Source of the DNA: Limisphaerales bacterium
GTDB taxonomy: Bacteria; Verrucomicrobiota; Verrucomicrobiia; Limisphaerales; JAJOIW01
Assembly (NCBI GenBank): GCA_965657355.1
Contig: CBFHOE010000003.1
Coordinates: 405,520-469,519, forward strand
Reading direction: 5' to 3'
Length of the DNA stretch: 64,000 nt
Part shown: positions 19,385-26,677 of the stretch, one piece after another
Numbering within the stretch: position 1 is the first letter of the stretch
How the letters are laid out: the number at the start of each line of letters is the position of its first letter
Notes under the pieces: generated by a model
What the model saw: only the letters and a program-made list of their open reading frames with translations
Database searches by the model: none
Told to the model about the DNA's origin: nothing
Made by a program: the position numbers and the translations under genes

Positions 19385-19422
19385 AAACAATGAGCCCAAA
19401 GAAATCTTTGGGCTCATTGTTT
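19385..19422. terminator. Perfect 18-bp inverted repeat between convergent genes
   Basis: AAACAATGAGCCCAAAGA-AA-TCTTTGGGCTCATTGTTT. Confidence 0.7.
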
Positions 19423-19497
19423 ATCTCGGTGGGGACCGAAATGGGCGACTTGTAAGCTTATTGGAACAGACGGTATCCCGTTAGTATTTAAAATTTG

Positions 19498-20748
19498 TCA
19501 GTCAATGAAACTTTTGGCAACGACGCTGGCGTTGTGGCCCCCGAATCCGAACGAGTTATTCATAATGCCTGAGATTTTCATTTCTCTGGCTGTGTTTGGA
19601 ACGTAATCCAGATCGCATTCAGGATCTGGCGTTTGGTAATTTATCGTTGGAGGCGAGACCTGTTTTTTGAGAGCCAGGGTGCTCGCTATCATTTCCACGG
19701 CACCAGCTGCCCCCAGCATGTGACCCAACGCACCTTTCGTCGAGTTAACGGCTATCTTGTGTGCCTGCTCGCGTCCGAAAACGGACTTAATTGCTTTCGT
19801 TTCGCAGATGTCGCCTTGAGGGGTTGAGGTTCCGTGAGCATTTATATATTGAATCTCGGAGAGATCGATCTTCGCATGCTTGAGAGCCATTTTCATACAT
19901 CTGGCGGCACCTTCGCCTTCTGGAGATGGGGCCGTGAGATGGTTAGCATCAGCCGTATTGCCGTAACCGACCAGCTCGGCATAAATTCGTGCCCCTCTAG
20001 CTTTCGCGTGTTCAAGTTCCTCAAGGAGCAAAACACCTGAGCCTTCCCCCATGACGAAGCCGTCTCTTTCGAGATCAAATGGACGGGAAGCGGTTTGCGG
20101 GCTTTCATTTTTGGTTGAAAGTGCTCTCATCGAGGAGAAGCCACCGATACTAAGTGGGGTTATGGCTGCTTCCGTACCCCCGGCAAAAATGGCTTTGGCG
20201 TCGCCCATTTTGAGCGTTCTCCATGCTTCACCGATGGCATGTGTGCTGGTAGCACATGCTGAACAGGTCGCAATGTTAGGGCCCCTGAGATTGTTGTAAA
20301 TTGAGAATATACCCGAAGCCATATTGAGTATGAGTTTCGGGATAACAAATGGGGAGAGCTTACCAGGTCCTTTCTTGAGTAGAACCTTGTGTTGGTCCTC
20401 TGTGGTGTTTAAACCGCCTATGCCAGAACCGATGAAAGCACCGATTTCATCCAAGTCTATGGAGTCAGATTTTAAATCGAGACCTGAATCTTGGAGGGCT
20501 TTATGACCCGCGTGGATAGCAAGATGGGTAAACCGGTCGGTCCGCTTGAGCTCCTTTGGAGATGGAAAAGCCTCTGTGGCATCGAGATCGTTGACTTGGG
20601 CTGCAATTTGGCATGCGTATTCTGCTGGATCGAAATGGCTAATTCGTTGTATACCGCATTTCCCCTCGACCAGATTGTTCCAGAAGGCGTCCAGTTCATG
20701 TCCCAATGAGGACACGATACCCATTCCCGTTATGACGACTCGGTTCAT
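19498..20748 (-). CDS. fabF: 3-oxoacyl-ACP synthase II
   Basis: RVVITGMG, SACAT catalytic Cys, YINAHGTST, GHMLGAAG, NSFGFGGHN. Confidence 0.97.
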   Translation of the reverse strand: MNRVVITGMGIVSSLGHELDAFWNNLVEGKCGIQRISHFDPAEYACQIAAQVNDLDATEAFPSPKELKRTDRFTHLAIHAGHKALQDSGLDLKSDSIDLDEIGAFIGSGIGGLNTTEDQHKVLLKKGPGKLSPFVIPKLILNMASGIFSIYNNLRGPNIATCSACATSTHAIGEAWRTLKMGDAKAIFAGGTEAAITPLSIGGFSSMRALSTKNESPQTASRPFDLERDGFVMGEGSGVLLLEELEHAKARGARIYAELVGYGNTADANHLTAPSPEGEGAARCMKMALKHAKIDLSEIQYINAHGTSTPQGDICETKAIKSVFGREQAHKIAVNSTKGALGHMLGAAGAVEMIASTLALKKQVSPPTINYQTPDPECDLDYVPNTAREMKISGIMNNSFGFGGHNASVVAKSFID

Positions 20749-20823
20749 TAAAATATCTCGGCCTGCCTGACGAAAAAATGTCTTTTCGTCATCACACCAG
20801 ATGTGAAGAACAATGCTCTGTGG

Positions 20824-21063
20824 TTATTGGCTGTCTTCGATATAGCGAACGACATGACCAACAGTGGTGAGCTTCTCAGCCTCTTCGTCTTCTATTGAAA
20901 TATCGAACTCTTCTTCGAAGGCCATAATTAATTCAACTGTATCCAGGGAATCTGCTCCGAGGTCTTCAATGAATTTGGCTTCGAGTGTGATCTGGTCTTC
21001 ACTGACATCCAATTGGTCAACAATGATAGACTTTACCTTTTCTAGAATTTTATCTTCCGACAT
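20824..21063 (-). CDS. acpP: Acyl carrier protein
   Basis: [23 protein letters not shown] 21063 preferred. Confidence 0.97.
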   Translation of the reverse strand: MSEDKILEKVKSIIVDQLDVSEDQITLEAKFIEDLGADSLDTVELIMAFEEEFDISIEDEEAEKLTTVGHVVRYIEDSQ

Positions 21064-21191
21064 AAGGGACGCTAATCGTTTCAGGTTTGGTAAGTTACTC
21101 ACTATTTGCAGTCAAGCAACATTTGATTTTTTTTTTAGTATTGAGAGGAATTTAAGATTTAAAACAAGTCTAAAAAATGAATGAATTTGAG

Positions 21192-21938
21192 CTACATAGC
21201 CATACCGCCATCCACAGTAAGTATATGCCCGGTGACGTATCTAGCTTTGTCTCCGGCGAGGTAAAGTGCGGCCTCTGCAATGTCTTCCACAGCTCCAAAA
21301 TGCCCGAGTGGAATATGTTGTTTAACAGCTTCTGTGGTCTTTTCATTCAGGGCATCCGTCATATCGGTTCTTATAAAGCCCGGGGCGATGGCATTGACCC
21401 TGATGCCGCGCGAAGCCAACTCTTTTGCCGTTGATTTCGTCAGTCCTACTAGTCCTGCTTTGCTTGCTGCGTAATTGGCTTGGCCAGCATTCCCTGTTAA
21501 TCCGACGACGGATGCGACGTTAATAATAGAACCGGATTTTTGCTTCATTAATGCTCTTGTAAGAGCTCTGATGACAAGGAATGCCCCTTTAAGGTTCGTT
21601 TGAATCACTGCTTCCCAATCATCGTCAGACATTCTCATAAGCAAGCCATCACGTGTTACTCCTGCGTTATTGACGATAACATCCACACTCTTTGCCTGCC
21701 CCAGAATCGCATCGATAGTGTCTTTCACCGATTCGGGATTAGAAACGTCCACTGGCATTCCTTGAGCTTCGCCTCCTTGATTAATGATTGCCTTAGCTGT
21801 CGCGTTTGCATTATCTGGGTTTCTGGATAAGCAATAAACGAAAGCCCCTTCGGAGGCAAATTTCTCAGCGATGGCCTTTCCGATCCCTCGGCCAGCCCCG
21901 GTAACAATTGCAGTTTTACCCTTAAGTGAATCACTCAT
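21192..21938 (-). CDS. fabG: 3-oxoacyl-ACP reductase
   Basis: TGAGRGIG, NNAGVTRD, GQANYAASKAG, VDGGM. Lies in the fab cluster. Confidence 0.97.
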   Translation of the reverse strand: MSDSLKGKTAIVTGAGRGIGKAIAEKFASEGAFVYCLSRNPDNANATAKAIINQGGEAQGMPVDVSNPESVKDTIDAILGQAKSVDVIVNNAGVTRDGLLMRMSDDDWEAVIQTNLKGAFLVIRALTRALMKQKSGSIINVASVVGLTGNAGQANYAASKAGLVGLTKSTAKELASRGIRVNAIAPGFIRTDMTDALNEKTTEAVKQHIPLGHFGAVEDIAEAALYLAGDKARYVTGHILTVDGGMAM

Positions 21939-21976
21939 AAATATCTTTGTATCTGAACTTAAAGACGAACGAGTAA

Positions 21977-22912
21977 TCAAGACATTTTACTAAGAACCTC
22001 AACAGCTTTTTCGAGTGAGCTTAAGTCCTCCACATTCACGCATGTCACAGACTTATCAATTCTCCGCATGAAACCAGACAGCGCTTTGCCTGGACCGAGT
22101 TCAACAAAAACATCTATTCCACTTTTAATCATGTAGCGAACAGAGTCTTCCCAGAGAACGGGAGCAGTGACCTGTTCTACCAGCCGGCTAGCTATGGAAA
22201 CACGGTCTTGGTGGGGGTTGGCTGTGACATTGGAGATTACTTCAAATTGAGGCGAGCCTATTGGAAAATCAGCCAATACATTTTTAAGCTTCTCAGCTGC
22301 TGGTGCCATGAGAGGCGAATGGTAAGCCCCGGCAACCTGCAGTGGAAGAGCCCTTTTTGCTCCTGCTTCTTTAGCTTTTTCGCATACTAATTCAATTTTT
22401 GCTTTATCGCCCGAAATGACTATTTGTCCTGGGCAATTGAGATTTGCCATAGTCACTCCAGCTTCATCACACAAGGCGCCCAGTTGGGTAGCTTGAAGTC
22501 CTATCACAGCGGCCATCCCACCTTCTGAATTGCTACAGGCATCCTGCATGGCTTTGCCTCTTTGCTGAACTATTTTTAATCCTTGATCAAATGAGAAGGC
22601 ATTGCTTGCTGCAAGGGCCGTGAACTCACCCAATGACAGGCCAGCGGTTATTTCAGGTTTTAAATTGGGAAGGCGCGACTCAAGACATAGTTTTGCAAGC
22701 CATGATACCCAATAAATGCCAGGTTGGGCATATTCTGTATTTGTGAGTTGGTCTTCAGGACCATTGAAACAGGTGTCTATTAGAGGGATTCCCAATCCTT
22801 CTAAAGAAGGTTTTAAATGTTCAAATGCCTCTGGAAACTCCACAGATAATTCTTTTCCCATTCCGACGTACTGGGCTCCTTGGCCGGCAAAAATATAAGC
22901 AATTCGTTTCAT
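21977..22912 (-). CDS. fabD: Malonyl-CoA-ACP transacylase
   Basis: FAGQGAQYVGMG, GLSLGEF, AGAYHSPLM, ELGPG. Confidence 0.96.
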   Translation of the reverse strand: MKRIAYIFAGQGAQYVGMGKELSVEFPEAFEHLKPSLEGLGIPLIDTCFNGPEDQLTNTEYAQPGIYWVSWLAKLCLESRLPNLKPEITAGLSLGEFTALAASNAFSFDQGLKIVQQRGKAMQDACSNSEGGMAAVIGLQATQLGALCDEAGVTMANLNCPGQIVISGDKAKIELVCEKAKEAGAKRALPLQVAGAYHSPLMAPAAEKLKNVLADFPIGSPQFEVISNVTANPHQDRVSIASRLVEQVTAPVLWEDSVRYMIKSGIDVFVELGPGKALSGFMRRIDKSVTCVNVEDLSSLEKAVEVLSKMS

Positions 22913-22994
22913 AATGTTTTAATTAATCCCAACATTTGTCAAAGGTGAACAATTAATTTCATTTGGTCTTGCAGGCGTTTAATGTCTTGCGCTT

Positions 22995-24188
22995 TTAAGG
23001 TTTCCTTACGACGCCGTCAAATCCGATATAAGCAATTTGACGTTCACCGTTGAAGCTATTGTCTGAGTAAAAAAAGTATATGTATTTTATATTTCTTTCT
23101 TCTAATTCATTAAGAATTGGCTCAGAGATTTCAGGCTCAAGGTAGGGATCGGCAATGAAGTATTCCCAAAAATTATGATGTCCAGGCTGGTATGTTTGGG
23201 CAAAATTATTTTTAAACAAAAGGTCCTCATCGACGACTCCAGTAATTTTCATTTGTTTCCATTCCAAAAGAACGGGAGTTTTGAAGATCCAAGCCAGACT
23301 TCCTCGAAAATTGGGAACACCAAGCATATAAGCCGTTTCTACGTTTATCCCGCCGTGAGTGAATTTGCGATTTTTGTTATACCATTTAGGGACTTCCTGC
23401 TCAGGTAATTCATACAAATAAACTGAGTCTGATTTTCTTTTCTCGGTTTTTAACTCGGGCCAAAAAACAAGCTCATCGACTTCAACTGAGTAGCTACAAC
23501 TGAGGGTATAATTTGGGTCACTGAGATGAATGGTTTCATTTCTGGTGGAGTTGACCGGATAAGGGAAATTCACTTCCAGGCTGAACCTTCTTCTTTGCGT
23601 TCCTTCACCCCATATCCAATTGACTCTCATGATTTGGCCTGATGTTTGAAATCGAGCGCTTGGTAAGTCGGATAGTTTTCCCTCGAATTTGATAACTTTC
23701 GCTTCGGGGAAATCCAAGAACTCGAGATTGAGGATGAGGTCTTTGAAAAACTGGGAAGGAACTTGAGATACAGTGCCACCTTTAGGTAGATAAAATTTCC
23801 AATAGGATTTCAGTCGGTGTATTTCTAATGGATCATTAAATTCACCTTGGCCGACGCTTAGCTGTCCCAATAATGGGCCTTTTGGAATGATTGCAGTTGA
23901 GCCTTTGAGACGGAAAAATTCAAGTTGTGACACCGGTATCAATGCTGATTTTTCATCTGTCTTTACCCGCTCCGACCACGAGCTGAGATTGTTTGAAGAC
24001 TCAACCGAGTACGGGGGAAGCCCTCCCTCCCATTGTAAAAATACATTGTCTTCTTCAAATGAAATAGAAGTAATTATCAAATCGTCTTGGTCTTGGCCCT
24101 CGACTGATGTGATTAGAGTTGCAAGCAGTATAAGTGTGCACACAAAATTCTCTATTATCTTGGTAGATTTGATCATTAAATTATTCAT
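22995..24188 (-). CDS. Secreted hypothetical protein, partner of the upstream dikinase-like protein
   Basis: Hydrophobic signal peptide, N-terminal ESSNNLSSW...FFRL module, QGE..HRLKS and QTYQPGHHNFWEYF motifs. Starts 1 nt after the upstream stop. Confidence 0.8.
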   Translation of the reverse strand: MNNLMIKSTKIIENFVCTLILLATLITSVEGQDQDDLIITSISFEEDNVFLQWEGGLPPYSVESSNNLSSWSERVKTDEKSALIPVSQLEFFRLKGSTAIIPKGPLLGQLSVGQGEFNDPLEIHRLKSYWKFYLPKGGTVSQVPSQFFKDLILNLEFLDFPEAKVIKFEGKLSDLPSARFQTSGQIMRVNWIWGEGTQRRRFSLEVNFPYPVNSTRNETIHLSDPNYTLSCSYSVEVDELVFWPELKTEKRKSDSVYLYELPEQEVPKWYNKNRKFTHGGINVETAYMLGVPNFRGSLAWIFKTPVLLEWKQMKITGVVDEDLLFKNNFAQTYQPGHHNFWEYFIADPYLEPEISEPILNELEERNIKYIYFFYSDNSFNGERQIAYIGFDGVVRKP

Positions 24189-24189
24189 T

Positions 24190-26469
24190 TTATAAATCGG
24201 GTAAAGGTGCTTGGTAAGGCGTCGGAATTTTTCTTATCTGTTTTATTATTATTCCCAAGTCTCGCATTTTTTTAAATTCCAGATCCAGATCAATCTTAAC
24301 ATTCTCATTGGGTGGGATTAAAAATTCCCGCGCTGCGGCATCGGTTAGATCTTTTATTTGCTGGTAATCACTTTCAAACGTCATTGCATGAGCCCCTTCC
24401 TGAGAAAGACTACTCATTTGTAATGTGTGCCAATCCCGGTTTTCGCTCCATATCGTGATTTCTGGAAGAATGGTATTATCTGGGTTAGATACAGACTCGG
24501 GTCCAGGATGAGCGATTATTTGTATCTTTTCCATTTGTAATGTTTCATCTTGAAGGGAATACTCTGCTGTAATCACTCCGTTCGCGAGCTCATCTTTATC
24601 CTGAAATGAGTAATGGGAAAGTATCGCCATACCTACCTCTTGCTCATCTACACCATGCCTCAGCCTTTCTAGGAATGCATTATCGTTGTAAAAACTGGCG
24701 TAAACCTTTTTTATAGCACGAAAGACTCCTCTCTCATTTTCATCAAAAGGGTCACAATGGCTTGGACCATCGTCATCATCGTCTAGGTCGTCCGCAAGGC
24801 ATCCGCTAAAGCTATCATACAAACCAGCGCCGCTCAGCGTATCCGAGTCCTCAACATTGGTTGAACTTCTAAAACGAATTTTTTTCAAGGGATCAAAATT
24901 AGAAAGCCCATTCAATATCATCATCCTTTTTTCAAGGGGAAAAGAGGTTTCCTTAATCCATTTACGAATAAAAAAAAGAGATTTATGCAAACTCTCAATA
25001 TCTGGAGGATGAGAATATAAACTCAATTCATCCGAAATGGCATCACCTAAAGTCCTTTTAGAAAATCTATATGGCTCGTTCATGAAATCATCCCAAAGAT
25101 CAAATGAGATGCCTACAGCTGGGGCAGGGTGATGGTTTGGAATCGAACGAGTCAAGACTCCCATATTGCTCGCTTTGCCGCCGAAGTAAATAATGTCACT
25201 CGGAGATAGTAAGTCAGTTTTAGAAAAATATTCTCCTGATTTTTGTTTCTTTTTGATTCTTGCTTTTGGTGGGTTTTTCGTTTCAAGGATAGCATTAATT
25301 TCTTCCTGAGAATGACTGTCAGTAAGGTCTTGTATAGAGATTTGGCAATTGGAGTCTATATGATAAAAGGCGGTTCTATTGACCAAGCTATCCAGTCTTT
25401 CTGTGATTGCTTTTCCATTGAAGAATCCAACTGGAATTCCATGTGATTTTGCTAAGAGAATAGCGTGTGAATTTGGTCCTGCTGGATTTTTTAAAAGAAT
25501 ACCTGAGAATCTAGGAATTTCAGACGGGAGTATGTCGGTATATAAGATATCCCTTTCGGAAATACTTCCTTCCAAATACATTTGTTTTATTCTATTTCCA
25601 GGAACAAATTTTATTTGTCCTATGGTCCATCCTTTGGAGTAACAGGTATCTTCAGATATCCATCTTGAAAAATCGCTTACCCGAATTCCTTCTGATTGAA
25701 ATATTTCCAAGTCACTGTTTGTTTGGTCGACCTGTTCAATTGATGGTATGTAAAAAATATTTTTACCATGGTTTGGTTTTATTTTTGAAATTACATTCTT
25801 TATCCAATCGATTTTTTTCCTCGATTCGAATGTTTCTGCGCCGCTGAATTGTATGCCTATTTCAGGAATGTTTTCATCCGTGCTTAGCAAAAGCGTCCCC
25901 AAGACATAGGACTGGTTCTCGTTGTATAGAGATTTTCTAAAAAATTCCCGTGAAGACATATTGGCAACTTCTGGAATTCTCAATCTTGCAAATGGATAGT
26001 GAAAGGGGTGTTGCTTACTATTCTGAAAAATGACCTGGCCATAACCTCCATCCTTGATGGTAAACTTTAAAAATTTTATTCTAATATTTTGATTCGGCTC
26101 AGGGGCTGAAAAGAGATTGTCTTTTTTAAGATCAAGAAAGTTAGTCCAATCACTAAATGCCCCACCTGGGTCGGAGTTAATGCGAAAAAACTGGTTTTGA
26201 GACTCGGATAATTTTATGGGATAATTTTCAATTATTGATAACGATTGGATGAATTCGCGCCAGTTCATTAAGTCGTAACTCGCCTCGACTCTAATGATTG
26301 TTCCAGTGGGAGTCGGTTCAGTAACATTCAATCGCAAATCAGTTTCACCGATTCTCGAAATCTTAATATCATTTTGGCCTCGAATATTGAATGAGTAGGT
26401 AATTTGCAGAAAAATAACGACTATCATGAGCCATTTTGCAGTCCTCTGAAAATTCCTAACCCTCAACAT
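24190..26469 (-). CDS. PEP/pyruvate-binding (PPDK N-terminal, ATP-grasp) domain protein with phospho-His motif and signal peptide
   Basis: GPNSHAILLAKSHGIP (His swivel-like), FGGKASNMG, RFRSSTNVED..SGAGLYDS, AIKKVYAS, ANGV, DLEFK, IKQIRKI. Confidence 0.85.
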   Translation of the reverse strand: MLRVRNFQRTAKWLMIVVIFLQITYSFNIRGQNDIKISRIGETDLRLNVTEPTPTGTIIRVEASYDLMNWREFIQSLSIIENYPIKLSESQNQFFRINSDPGGAFSDWTNFLDLKKDNLFSAPEPNQNIRIKFLKFTIKDGGYGQVIFQNSKQHPFHYPFARLRIPEVANMSSREFFRKSLYNENQSYVLGTLLLSTDENIPEIGIQFSGAETFESRKKIDWIKNVISKIKPNHGKNIFYIPSIEQVDQTNSDLEIFQSEGIRVSDFSRWISEDTCYSKGWTIGQIKFVPGNRIKQMYLEGSISERDILYTDILPSEIPRFSGILLKNPAGPNSHAILLAKSHGIPVGFFNGKAITERLDSLVNRTAFYHIDSNCQISIQDLTDSHSQEEINAILETKNPPKARIKKKQKSGEYFSKTDLLSPSDIIYFGGKASNMGVLTRSIPNHHPAPAVGISFDLWDDFMNEPYRFSKRTLGDAISDELSLYSHPPDIESLHKSLFFIRKWIKETSFPLEKRMMILNGLSNFDPLKKIRFRSSTNVEDSDTLSGAGLYDSFSGCLADDLDDDDDGPSHCDPFDENERGVFRAIKKVYASFYNDNAFLERLRHGVDEQEVGMAILSHYSFQDKDELANGVITAEYSLQDETLQMEKIQIIAHPGPESVSNPDNTILPEITIWSENRDWHTLQMSSLSQEGAHAMTFESDYQQIKDLTDAAAREFLIPPNENVKIDLDLEFKKMRDLGIIIKQIRKIPTPYQAPLPDL

Positions 26470-26677
26470 TTTTAAGCCATTATTACCAATAGAAACCTCT
26501 TTAAAAATAGTTTATTCACAATTGCACTTGGGTAAATCTATGTCAATAGAGACAAACGATTGGGAGCACGATACCCTTGTTATATAATAAAATTTGATTA
26601 ACATGACCTCACCCAAAAAAAGCTTAAGAATGCCCACTCATAATGAGACCCTGGAAAATTAAGTGGAGATTAATTCA

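Noticed and set aside
19498..22912. Type II PKS or secondary metabolite cluster
   Set aside because: Canonical fabD-fabG-acpP-fabF with no chain-length factor or tailoring genes. plsX-fabH lie at 58842-60909, so this is ordinary fatty acid synthesis split over two loci.
24180..24200. Frameshift, pseudogene or readthrough joining the two ORFs
   Set aside because: The downstream ORF begins with its own signal peptide and N-terminal module, which fits a real separate gene.
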